This document shows positions 28,687 to 46,250 of a DNA stretch of 64,000 bases, piece after piece. Below the pieces are notes generated by a model, which was given only the letters and a program-made list of their open reading frames with translations, was not told where the DNA came from and searched no databases. This DNA is from Lingula anatina (lineage: Eukaryota; Animalia; Brachiopoda): assembly GCA_051362555.1 (NCBI GenBank), contig CM120644.1, positions 11,368,567 to 11,432,566 of the forward strand. The letters run 5' to 3'. A program made the position numbers and the translations under genes. How positions within the stretch are numbered: the stretch's first letter is position 1; each line of letters opens with the position of its first letter.

Positions 28687-30294
28687 CGGTTCTTACAGCA
28701 CGACTTTGACCGACTTTGTGGAAATCAGTCTGAAATCTGTTTCTCTGTGTGTCGACTTGTATACCCGCCAGTCTTTCTGTTTAAAGTCCTGTGTGTTTGC
28801 GAGAGTCAGTGCATTCTAGCGGGAACAAACCTGCATGAGTGCATAGTTGTCAGGGCATCATCACACAACATCAATATTTATTTCACACGTGCGTGCTCCC
28901 TTTTTAATCCAAAATAAACATAATTTTATACACGGAGAGCTACAATGAATTTATCAAATCTTAAAACACGTAGCCGTATAAAAGCTTTTATCAATTATGT
29001 ACGTACACCTGTAACACCTGGTGCAGATAATGCACTCAGATGCATTACAACAGAACTTAATTTTATTTCACTGATACGGGTACTGGAAGCCTAACTTATC
29101 ACGCCACCAACCTTATAAAACCAGCGGCACTGACCCTACGTCAACTTGTAGGTAAACATTCCAACAAATCTCTGGTAGCTTATTTATATACGCTTGTTAC
29201 ATAATAAATCATTCTTTATCTTTTCAGCAGAATATTGACCTGACGATGAAGAGGGCTAGGTAAATATAACTTCACAAAATTTGATGTGTTGGTCTGGAGC
29301 GAGCCTTGAGAACCGTCCATTTCTTGATAATACTGGTTATTGGTGTTCTGATTAAGAAGACAATAATCGATATCACAGGGACGGACGTGGATGGAGCTGG
29401 AGAACCTGGAGCGCATCCTTCCAGCTGCTCGTAAATGAAGAAATCGCCACCACATTGTGGTGTGGAATCGTAGATCACCGTACAAAATGAAGCAAAAAGA
29501 GCGTTCTCTACTGATATGTACACAGATCAGAATTAATTTGTACTGACAATTAAACGCGTGCTCACCTAGGCCTGTTTTAGTGTCTGTAGTTTGCAGTAAA
29601 ACACCACATGTAAAAACCCCTCTAATATCACAGATTCCTCTAGCATATTATACGAAATTAAAATATAAGTGTAATATTTTTGTAACAGACTACCAGAGGA
29701 CCCTGTGTTCAGGGAGTAAGGCATAGGTCCGCGTCCCTCGTGTCATGAAGCCATCTAGACCCATTAATGGACTGGATATACCGGGCACTTGTCAAGAACA
29801 GCATTTATTACTATCCAAGTTTAATGGCACATGTCGTATTTTGAGGTCATTGAAAGGATAAAGTGCACCTGAAACGCCGTGGAATGTGCAGTGAGCAGGA
29901 ACATTAACTATATTTCACAAAGACTGGGATTTTTCTGCAACCCGGGTGACACCCAGGCACGACTTTATGCTGGAGGTTTTGCCTGCTGAGCTATAACTCA
30001 GTATAGCAGAGAAAGTGATAACAAACTAATTCTACGAGTACTCATATTATAGGATTGTATGCAGTCATCCAGGTATGAAGAGTAAATGGAAAATATAACA
30101 AAGATGAATACATGCGTAGACCGATAGAAAGTCAAGGTTAGACTTGGAGACTTGTTGCAGTCTTTTAAAAGACACTCAGAAAAACTATTTGGTCAAAAGA
30201 CTGCCTTTTTGAGGCCAAGGACAGGCACAAGCTTACAGCCGACTTTTGATTAATCAGACGGCTAAATGAACACCGTATTGACCGTGGCCTCATC

Positions 30295-35842
<5,548 letters not shown>

Positions 35843-37776
35843 TTGACGCCCAGACCACATAGACCATTAACTCACTCCTTTGAAGTGGCATAATATGATT
35901 AAAAGCTGCCATACTATATGTGTATTGTTTTCAATTTTATGTAATATAAGTCTTCGAGGGAGGGGACAATAGTTGTATGTTGGATGGTGAATAAGATTGT
36001 GTGACTTTTAAACAATCTGGGTTTGTTAACGGTTATTTTTTTCAATCGATCTCGGGTCAAAGTCTAACAGTAACGTGTCTCAAGTAAGCAAGACTGAGGA
36101 TTTTAGAATCCCCTTTTCGAGAGAAAAAATTACGGGTTGCTTTGAATTTGTCACATTCCAGAAATATCTGAAGGATATGTTAACAGTTTCAATACTTGAA
36201 TTATTTTTGTCTTGCTGCTACTATATTTTTAATTCCTTTCTGTTCATGATGTTTAGGAAATTCGTTTTTACACGTTATTTCTATATGATTGTGAGAAAAG
36301 GCTATTGAATTAATTTCAGACGAGACAGAGCTGTAGAAAATACCAGCCCTACTGTTAAACCACGAAATGCTGTCACTAAATTATCTATCAGTGTTTTTCT
36401 TAAAATTGGTGTAAGCGGTATTGACCTTTTTTTTGACATTTAATGTATGACACGTTAACTTGGGCTTTAATTTTGTTGAAATCCTGAAGCATAATACGTT
36501 TTTTTAAATAGAATTAAAGCTGACATTTACAAAGAGAATGCGTGGACTTTCAATAGTTGTTGGTAACTTCAGTAGAAATGTGAAACATTGTATACGGTGT
36601 TAGCACTTTAACTTATGACGTCAAAATGTCTGCCGTACACTTCTATGAAGGGATACATCAATCTGATATAAATTAATGAAGCTGAACCAACAACGATATT
36701 CCTAGGTAATGGTCCTGTTTTGGATAAAATCCCTGACAGCATTAAGTATGATCTCAACCCTTTCACGTGGACGTGCGCATAACAGGAGTAGCAGTATAAA
36801 CATAATAAATGCCATGTTTGTTAAAATTTATACATCAGGCTCATCTAATACTGCAACAAAGGAGCGATGGTTAGGCATAGTGGAAGTTATACCCTGTCAT
36901 TTTGTATTATTACAGAGAAAAGAACAATATACAGATAATTCAACGGAAGGCATTTTCAGAGAACAACTCAGCAGCAACCGATTTCTCCTTTTAAACTGTA
37001 TGTAACTGTACCCTACTTGTAATCCTGGCTGTGAACTGTTAACCAGTGTGTACAGAAATGGATATTGTGTCGTACAAAAATGAAATGCGACAAGGCTGAA
37101 GTTTTAAAACTTAAATGCCTTGGAAAGAAATCCCTCGTTTTTGAATCGCGACTTCTGATGCTAAATCGTGGCCACTGGCAATTTCCTTTCTTGCCTATTT
37201 TTTGTCAATTTTTCCTTTTCTTTAATGCTTTAAAAGTTACAGCCTGTTACCACACATTATCTGTGCTCCGTTCACCCATCGCAACGGCCCTGGACAACGG
37301 AGGTGTGGATTTGTAATCAGCCTGCCTGCGGCACATGCAGCTTGAAAAACTCGTCAGGAGACACATTTAATGCACAAACTGTAAATATTATTTCATGCTA
37401 TGTTAGGTACATTTTGATTATCATAAACACACAAAAACCCTTAGAACATAGTTTTAACCCAGTTTTCCCCTTCAACCCTTAATTTTTTAATATAGATATA
37501 ATTTTAGAAAGGTGCAAAATTCATGAGTTTAAAAACAAACTATTGCTAAATAGGGCCTATAATCAGATATTAATTAAACAAAACTATTCAAAATTCTATT
37601 TTTTTAATTTACACAAGTCAAAGTTACTGGGCATGTTGGCTATTTTATAGAAATGGGATATCAATACTTTCTAAGATTAAATATTAAAAAATCCACTGGC
37701 ATATACCCAAACCAATACCATACCAATGTCACAAACCCAAGTCAAATTAACAATGTTTTTTCACTAATGGCGCTAA

Positions 37777-38933
37777 TCAATCAGCGAGTGGCCCATACTT
37801 TTGGTTGTAGATGTTATTTGGATCTTCGGTCATCCAGAACTCGAGAAATCCTTCAGCAAACTCGTCAATTGAAACGAGACCATCTCTGTTGGTGTCCATT
37901 ACGTCAAAGACGTCCTTGGAGTATTCAGTTGGGATGTTAAGACTGTAATAATAAGCATCATGGTCTTTCTTGAATATGAACCCATCACCATCGATATCAA
38001 TCGCATTGAACTCCGTGCAAATTAAAGTGTGGTACGACTCTTCTCGGAAGTGTCTATCATTAAAGTATGACAGAAGGTCTTGACAGTATTCATCCACGGT
38101 GATGCGTGTTTTATCTCCAGCTATTCCTTCCCAGACGCGAATGCGTTCGTTTAAGATGCACTCCGCTCTTTCGCCTACAAAAATAATACATCTTCACTAT
38201 GAACACGTGTTCACATTCGAGATTTCCAGGGACAAGAAGTGGGTGAGGTGTAGAAAGGGGGCGGGCAAAAGAAAACAGATTATTTGCGTCAATATTAACA
38301 GAATAAAAAAGCTTCCCATGACGCGAGAGAGAGACACACAGAGAGAAGCAGAACTTTTTTTATTGCCTTTTCTGAAAAATTTCAGCAAAGGCAATGAAAT
38401 AGTCCTCTCACATAAATCTTGTAATACGTCTTTATATATGTGCTCATGCAGGGTCATGCCTTGTTCTTCCGAAGTATTGAAATGACTGTATCCACAAAAT
38501 TACAGGTTTTGTTGTGTTGAAATACGTATATTACAATTAATACCAAGTATTTATTATCTTAAAAGCAGCTTTGTTTTGCTCTTTACTTACGAATGAGTGC
38601 AGTTGACACCAAGTATTGTAGAGAGGCGGAGGGCCTTTGCCTTTCCGGTGAATTGCTAGGAAATAATTTTTTATAACTCTTTCCTGTCAAAAATTTCAGT
38701 TGGTTTTCATTTTTTTTTACATCCTGTTGCCCTGTGAAAACAATATACATGAACACGATAATCTAATTTTACTCACCAGTGAGGCCCAAATAATCAATAA
38801 GGGCCTGAGCAGTAATCACAAAGTCTTCCTTGGTCATGTACCCATCGGCATTGGCATCCATACGCTGGAAAACCGTTCGAATTTTTCGTCTCCAGTGTTC
38901 TGATCCAGTCAACAGTGGGTAGTCGGTTGGCAT
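37777..38933 (-). CDS. EF-hand protein copy 1, SCP / luciferin-binding-protein family (184 aa)
   Basis: Exons 38933-38777 (MPTDYPLLTGSEHWRRKIRTVFQRMDANADGYMTKEDF) and 38174-37777. EF loops DANADGYMTKED, DIDGDGFIFKKD, DTNRDGLVSIDE; EF2 is degenerate; C-terminus YGPLAD. The ATG directly follows an acceptor, so a 5' UTR exon lies upstream. Confidence 0.9.
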
Positions 38934-39543
38934 CTGAAAGATGTTTAAAGAGAGAATAAATAAGTAAGGAAATGTTAACATTGGTATGGCATTGTACGGT
39001 TAATGCATTGCTTAGACGCCAGTGTGACAGAAATGGTAGTCCGCTATGAACCGTAGTCCACTGCTCTTTACGTACATGTAGTACAGGCGACATTCGTCCC
39101 ATATACTTACCCCAATACTCCGAATAACCCTAACATGTAGGGGCCTACTAATCACATGGGACTATGGGACCGTGGACTTCCATTCCTAGGAGTACCATTC
39201 CTGTCACACCTGTGTAAGATAAAAATCAATGGATGTTTATAACTAAGGTGACAACCTACCTTCTTTAATCTCAAAGGTCGGTTTATAACACCTCTCGCAG
39301 GTTGGGAAAATCTCGGAGACCCCAGGCCAAAACCAGTGCGGGTAATCCATGTTCGTGTATTCCAAATAACCTTTCCAAATGTCCTTGCTGGTTGGAAAAC
39401 CGTTGCTAATCTTCTCTCTGCAGGTTGCCTTCTTACTATTCCTCGCATAGGTATGATAATCCTAGACATGGTTTTTGTCGAGAAAGCAGACGCACTAGAG
39501 ATTTGAAAACGTATTATCCACGGAAATGTAACCCAGATTCTAC

Positions 39544-39608
39544 CTTTATTCAAGTTTTAGAAATGCCATAAAAGTTACATGACTGGAAAATTGAAGGCTT
39601 ATTATATA
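39544..39608 (-). promoter_or_regulatory. TATA box and short non-coding exon 1 of EF-hand copy 1
   Basis: Minus-strand TATATAAT at 39608-39601, then AATAAAG|gtagaa donor at 39544/39543. Confidence 0.55.
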
Positions 39609-40017
39609 GCGACTGGAATAGAGCGCGGGGTGCCTTAAGGTCATTCGATGGGACATTTGAGGGCAGGTGTTGCTTGTTAAAAGAGGAGCAAAAAAAAAAA
39701 AAAAAAAAGAAAAGAAAGAAATTAACCCGTGCGCAGATGTAACAGTCTCTCTCTCTTTCTCTCTCTTCATGAATTCAAGACTCAATATCATAATTTCAAC
39801 CATCAAAATTATCCATAAATAATTGAACAGATTGTTAAATGTATCCAATAATCTTCAATAAAAATAGTTTCAAGACAAACAATTTAACATCTTCCCAGTG
39901 CTTGGTATCCTCACCACAAGGATGAGAGTGTAAAAAGTACATGATGCGGACGACCTGTCACGCTTTAATTACGTTGTATTGTAAGTGGCAAACGCCTGGG
40001 GTTAAAAAGACAGAGGG

Positions 40018-40235
40018 AAAACCACACATTCGGTTGCAAACACTTGCAAAGCAGTCGGCGACCTGTTAGCAACCGGTTGGATACCACAAGTAGCTTTTTC
40101 GGTCGCCAGGAGGTTATCGGTACTGCACCAAAAACTGGCGCAACCGGATAACAACCCAGCGTTCATTTGGAAACCACTTTGCGCGTTGTTGCAACCGGTC
40201 GCCGACCTTCTAGCAACCGACAAGGCTGTAGTTTT
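40018..40235. mobile_element. Degenerate palindromic MITE-like element at the duplication junction
   Basis: Left arm aaaaccaca...cggttgc...gtcggcgacc is an imperfect reverse complement of right arm ggtcgccgac...gcaaccga...tgtagtttt. No clear TSD. Confidence 0.55.
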
Positions 40236-40900
40236 TAAACTTAAATGCTTTGGAAATAAATCCCTCGTTTTTGTATCGACTTCTGATGCTAAATGGTGGC
40301 CACTGGCATTTTCCTTTTTGTCTATTTCTATTTTTACCTTTTTCTTTAATGCTTAGGTGACCTAAAAGCTATAGCCTGTTACTGCACAGATAGAGGTATT
40401 ATATAACTCATTATCTGTGCTCCAGCCACTCATGCTACGGCCCTGGTCAACGGAGGCCCACTGGCTTTGTAGTTGGCCTGCCTGCGGTACGTGCAGCTTG
40501 AAAAACTCGTCAGAAGACACATTTAATGCATTAACTTTAAAAATATTACTTCATGCAATGTTATATACATTTTTGATTATCATAAACACACAAAACCCTT
40601 ACATCTTCGTTTTAACCCAGTTTCGCCATTCAACCCTTAATTTTTAAAAAATCTTTGGAAGCTGCAAAATTATGAGTTAAAAAATAAGCTATTGCTTAAT
40701 ATTATCAGATATTAATTAAACACAACTATTCAAAATCTTTTCTTTTAAGTATCACAAGTTAAAGTTATTGGACATGTTGGCAATTTTATAGAAAACAGAT
40801 CAATACTTTCATAAAATTGAATATAATAACAATCCACTGTCTGATATATCATGAACCCAGATCAAGTTAACATATATTTGGTTTTCGTTAGTGGTACTTA

Positions 40901-42024
40901 TCAATCAACGAGTGACCCATACGTTTGGTTGTAGATGTTATCTGGATCTTCGGTCAACCAGAACTCGAGAAACCCTTCGGCAAACTCGTCAATTGACACG
41001 AGGCCATCTTTGTTAGAGTCCAATACATCAAAGTCGTCCTTTGAAGATTCAGTTGGGATGTTAAGACTGTAAAAATAAGCAGCATGCTCTTCCTTGGATA
41101 TGAACCCATCACCATCGATATCAATTGTATTGAACTCTGCGCGAATTACCTTGTAGCACAGCTCTTCTCGGAAGCGTCTATCATTCAGGAAGGACAGAAT
41201 GTCCTGACAGTATTCATCCACGGTGATACGTGTTTTATCTCCAGCTATTCCTTCCCAGACGCGAAGGCGTTCGTTTAAAATGCGCTCAGCTTCTTTGCCT
41301 AAAAACAATAACGCATGTACAATATAACCACGTGTTCACAGTCGAGACCTCCCAGGACAAGAAGTGAGTGAGGAGTAGAAAGGTGGGGGAGGGCAAAAGA
41401 AAACAGATTGCTTTGCGTCAATATTACTTTCAGTATGAATAGGTTACAAAAGCTACCGACGGCTCGAGATAATATAAACCTTGTTATACATCTCCATACA
41501 TGTGCACATGCAGGGGCGTGGCTTGCTCTTCCGAAATATTGAAACGGCCGTACTCACAAAATAACATGTGTTGTTGTGTTGAAATACGTAAGTCGCAATT
41601 AAAATCAAGTGCTTGTTTGTTTGTTTGTTTTTTTTGTTTTTTTTTTTGGATCTTCAAACAATTTTATTTTGCTCCTTACCTACGGATTAGCGCAGTTGGC
41701 ACCAAGGGCTGTGGAGATGCATCGGACAGTCTCCCCTCTACTGAATTGTTAGAAATCCATTTTTTATCTTTATAAAGTTAAACTTGATTCTCACCCTTTA
41801 AGCATTTTTGCATCCTGTTGTCCTGTGAAAACGCAATGTACAAACACGATAGTGTAAGTTTACTCACCAGTGAGGCCCAAATAATCTATAAGGGCCTGAG
41901 CAGTAATCACATAGTCTTCCTTGGTCATGTACCCATCGGCATTGGCATCCAAACGCTTAAAAACCGTTCGCATTTTTCGTCTCCAGTGTTCTGATCCAGT
42001 CAACAGCGGGTAGTCGCTTGGCAT
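40901..42024 (-). CDS. EF-hand protein copy 2, SCP / luciferin-binding-protein family (184 aa)
   Basis: Exons 42024-41868 (MPSDYPLL...KMRTVFKRLDANADG) and 41298-40901, the same sizes as copy 1 (157+398 nt). EF3 DIDGDGFISKEE, EF4 DSNKDGLVSIDE; ends TYGSLVD. Confidence 0.9.
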
Positions 42025-43230
42025 CTGAAAGATTTTTTAAAGAGAGAAGAAATAAACAAGGAAATGTTGAAATAGGTATGTCATTGTACGTTTAAGGCAT
42101 TGCTTAGGCGCTGGTGTGACAGGAATGGTAATCCGCTAGGATCAGTAGTCCGCTCCCCATTATTTTGTACAGGTAGCATTCGTCCCATATACATATACAC
42201 CATATGCTAACCCCGATATTTCGAATAACCCTAACATGTAGTAATCATATGGGACCCCGGACTTCCATTCCTAGGACTACCATTCCTGTCACACCTGTGT
42301 AAGATAAAAAACAATGAATGTTTATTACAAAGATGACAACATACCCTTTTTAATCTTAAAGGTCGGTTTACAACACCTCTCGCCGGTTGTAAAAATCTCG
42401 TAGACCCCAGGCCAAAACCAGTGGGGGTAATCCATGTTCGCGGATTGTTAATAACATTTCCAAATGTCCTTGCTGGTTGGAATAACGTTGCTAATCTTCT
42501 CTCTGCAGGTTGCATTCTTACTAATCCTCGGATAGGTATGATAATCCTAGACATGGTGTTTGACGAGAAAGCAGACGTACTAGTGATTTGAAAACGTATC
42601 ACCTACACAAATCTAACCTAGATTTTTATCTTTATTCAAATTTTAAGGATTGCCATAAAAGTTACATGGCTGGAAAAATGAGGGCTTATTATATAACAAC
42701 TGGAATAGAGCGCGCGGTGCCTTGTAAGCCACTCATTGGAACATTTGATATCCATTTTGTCTGCGTTTGAGGGCAAGTATTGTTTGTGGAAAAAAAGGGC
42801 GGGGTCCGGTTCACACACGTAGCAGTTTCTCTCTCTCTCTTCATGAATTTAAAATGTACTACATATAGTGATAACAGATAAGTGTCTGTCAGCCTATTTG
42901 CTAATCTTATCTTTGCACTTTGCATTTTTACTAATCCTCGGATAGGTATGATAATCCTAGACATGGTGTTTGTCGAGAAAGAAGACGTACTAGAGATTTG
43001 AAAACATATAATCCACACAAATTTAACCCAGCTTTTACCTTTATTCAAGTTTTAGAAATGCCATAAAAGTTACAAGGCTGGAAAAATGAGGGCTTTTTAT
43101 ATAGCGACTGGAATAGAACGCGCGCTGTGCCTTGTAAGCCATTCATTGGAACATTTGATATCCATTTCGTCTGCGTTTGAGGGCAGGTATTGTTTGTAAA
43201 AAAAAAGAGGGGGGATCCGGTGCACACACG

Positions 43231-43261
<31 letters not shown>

Positions 43262-44062
43262 TTTTTCATGAATTTAAAACGTACTATTAATAACAGATTA
43301 GCGTTCTTCAGCCTATTTGCAATAGGCCTTGCTCTTTCTGAAACACAAAAACCTTTTTTATATGTTGGAATACGCTGAGAACAAATAGATGTCATATGTT
43401 AACTGCACTCAAATTAGATATAAAATTTACCTTTATTTAAAATATGTTAAAGAAGCATGCTGAAAATCTGGTGTCACTCCAAGCACGCGAACCTGTCAGA
43501 ATGTGAATATCATGTCATTCACTGTGCTATTTGCAAAACGGGTACAGAATGCTCACAAAGGCCTGGCCAGTCGAATAGACTTACCAGCACAGACTGAGTG
43601 AGGGTACCCAAATAACAAATGAATGATCCAACTCTTTACAGTGCACTTTACAGAGGACTTTTGTCACTAAACTATTTAATCCTAAACTTAATAGAAAGTA
43701 ATTGATTATTGTGGGTGTAACAAGGCGGATTGAGGGATAGGACAGATAAACCCATCGTACTAGTTGGATCGATCTAACTCTGCGGAAGATTCTCTCTATG
43801 TGCAATCACTTAAATTGGCTTAAACTACTTATGCGGAGGTGGTGAGACCGTCAGAGGATTAAACGGCTTGCTTTTAAGTGGGTTCGGCCATATTTAGTCC
43901 GTGGATCAGTTAGTCTGATAATCTGTCTGAATGCACTCTAGTATAGGTCATTCCAAAGAGAAAGGCACCAAGATGTCTTCATATTAATGCTCTATAGTTA
44001 GTTATCCTTGTGTTTCCTTTGAACGGCAAAATGTGAACTTTCCCAGAAGATCTACAAGCGAC

Positions 44063-44183
44063 CTGGGCCCCGTAACTCGAGAGCATCGCGTATTGCGAAT
44101 AGCGATATCACATAGAGGCTACAATGTATTATATGGGGCGAGTATGGGCGCAATGTGCGATGCTTTCGAGTTACGGGGCCCTG
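44063..44183. mobile_element. Small MITE (~120 bp) with ~30-bp TIRs
   Basis: ctgggccccgtaactcgagagcatcgc ... gcgatgctttcgagttacggggccctg. Confidence 0.75.
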
Positions 44184-44548
44184 TTTGACCGCTGATCAAC
44201 TGTGGAACCTATGGCGTCCGACAAATGGATTGGCCATGAAACACAATCGCAAAACAAACCTGTATTGGATCAAGATTGAGTCTGATGTACATCGTACTCA
44301 AAAGCTATGCAAGTCGGACACAACGCATCTTTGTCCCATTCTGCGTATTGGAAACAAGACACTCATCCATCTTGTTCAAAAAATGAAGAAAAAAAAGCCT
44401 TTACCTAATGCTACAAGATAACCATGTCCACAGCCAAAGATCTTTCTTTATAAGTCAGAAGAAAATATCCAAAATATCGGCACCGTGTAATTTTAAGGGG
44501 GTTTATCATATTTAAGGTCTGAATTGGAATGGATAATTAGCTATCTTA

Positions 44549-44762
44549 GGGCGTATTCCCATAGATTTTAGATCGATCTATCCCCGTGGGGAGTCTCACT
44601 AAATTACTGTCAGATAATCCATCTTAAATGTCCGTCCCGCCTACTACAAGCTGTAAGGGGGTAATTAACTTTCGTGCCCGATCGGCTGACAGCTATTTAG
44701 CGTGAACCCCAGGGAGTTAGGTCGATCTAGCTTGGATCGATCTAATCTCTGGGAATGGGGTC
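44549..44762. mobile_element. PIF/Harbinger (Tourist)-like MITE, family copy A
   Basis: TIRs ...attcccatagattttagatcgatc / gatcgatctaatctctgggaat..., with TTA on both flanks. A second, inverted copy lies at 59140-59387. Confidence 0.8.
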
Positions 44763-45048
44763 TTAGTGCAACTTATGTATACATAGGGAATAAGACATGT
44801 CCAAGCACGTGGACTAGCTTTCTAAAATATTCCACATACCTTTGAACAAGTATGGGTTTAAACTTGCACGACTTTCTAATGAACCCGTTAGCACCCCCAC
44901 CCCCCCTCGAACCAAGTTCGTGAGCCGTGATGAGTGAAATCAGAAATGTAGGCTTCAGTAAAGAAAAGACAAATATGACTGTTTTTATTGAAAAAATGTA
45001 TTGTTGATATAAGGAATGTGATTGCTTCTAAATTAAGATAGGAACACG

Positions 45049-46250
45049 CTACTTCGAGTAATAGTCATGTAAGAGGTCTTGTATCCCAAGTTTCTTTGAT
45101 TTCTGTATATGCAACTGTTTTGTGTCATCTCCGAGTGTACGAACTTCCGCACCATGTATCCTTTCCTCGGCAACGTAACTGCGCATGTTCAGGCAACTGC
45201 GCGGACATCCACAACCGTCCCAAACATACTTGGGGCATTCCATGACGTCAATGGCGTTTCCCGAGCACGCCGGGGCATTGATTGGTGCTGGGTTGGTGCA
45301 CGTGCGGTGACGCACAGTCTTGCCGCCACAGCAGGGCGTGAAAATGGACCATTCCGTCCAACCACCCTGAACTGGAACCCAATAAACATACAAGTTTACA
45401 TGTACAGTAAAGATTGAAAATTAGGGGCCTACTAAAAGGCGTTTCAATAAAATGTAATGTTGGTTCTCTGTCGGATCAGATATAATATATGTATTTGGTG
45501 CTAATTAGCCTACATGTAACTTGATGCTAGAAGGAACTGCATTGGAATCGTGTTTATTACATATCATATAAATCTGGATTAGATTCTGGTTCAGTGAATT
45601 GAGCTGGGCCTACATTGTGCACAAATATGTATAAAACTGAAAAGTGTAAATTATTTTATTATGTTGCCCGCCACAGTTGAAAAGAATCGTAGTAAAAATG
45701 CCCTTTAATCAAAATAGACTCACCAACGCATGTGTGAACATTGCAAGGTCTGATGTCGATGTCACTTCCGGTGCACTTCGACAGGATGTCAGTCACCTCC
45801 TGCCGAACCGGAAACAGAACGCATTCTCTGCGGCGAATCTGAACACCACCGCCGCAAGATGCTGTACATAGTGTAAACTTGCTCCAGCCAGACCAGGCGG
45901 CAATTTCGGCTTTTACAGAGAATGGGCCTTTGGAATCTGCACCTAGGATGATATGGTTTGCAGAAAAAATTTTATTCATTACTGATAAACTATGGAACCA
46001 CTGATACGTCTGTTCCCCAAAAAATTGTGTCTTTTTTTTTGTTTGTTTGTTTGTTTACCACATCACACATGCATATAGTTAGCTTTAGTTTGTATCCTGA
46101 GAAAACCAGAAGCATATTGAGAAAAAATAACCGTATGATGTTACTTTCTTCATTCAATTTCGGGTAATATTGAAGAAAAAAAGCAAGCAAAATAAACTCA
46201 CCCTTAGCGTCGACAACACCAACTAGTACGATGAACACTGGCAGCAACAT
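45049..46250 (-). CDS. Small secreted protein with two thrombospondin type 1 repeats (paralog A)
   Basis: Exons 46250-46202 (signal peptide MLLPVFIVLVGVVDA), 45942-45724 (WSGWSKFTLCTASCGGGVQIRRREC...C), 45371-45049 (VQGGWTEWSIFTPCCGG..RHRTCTNPAP). All introns are phase 1. The exon 2 acceptor could alternatively lie a few codons downstream. TATA at ~46305-46311. Confidence 0.88.

Larger units (their letters stand above)
37088..43320. repeat. Tandem segmental duplication, ~3.1-kb period (37088-39775 vs 40218-42850), plus an extra ~410-bp promoter unit (42898-43320)
   Basis: Both blocks start cgacaaggctg(a/t)agtttt(a/t)aaacttaaatgc; 3' flank, introns, exons and promoter align collinearly. Confidence 0.93.

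Noticed and set aside
29216-29523. Overlapping minus-strand ORFs in a GC-richer patch within the presumed SLC43 5' intron
   Set aside because: No recognisable domain, no convincing splice sites and no partner exons.
29920-30000. Minus-strand TAGCTCAG A-box-like motif suggesting a tRNA or SINE head
   Set aside because: No B box or cloverleaf could be found.
37777-42024. Calling the EF-hand genes true Ca2+-activated photoproteins
   Set aside because: By manual alignment, the two histidines of the aequorin/obelin active site (N-terminal RH and C-terminal HLGFW) are replaced by I/M and F, and the C-terminal Pro is absent.
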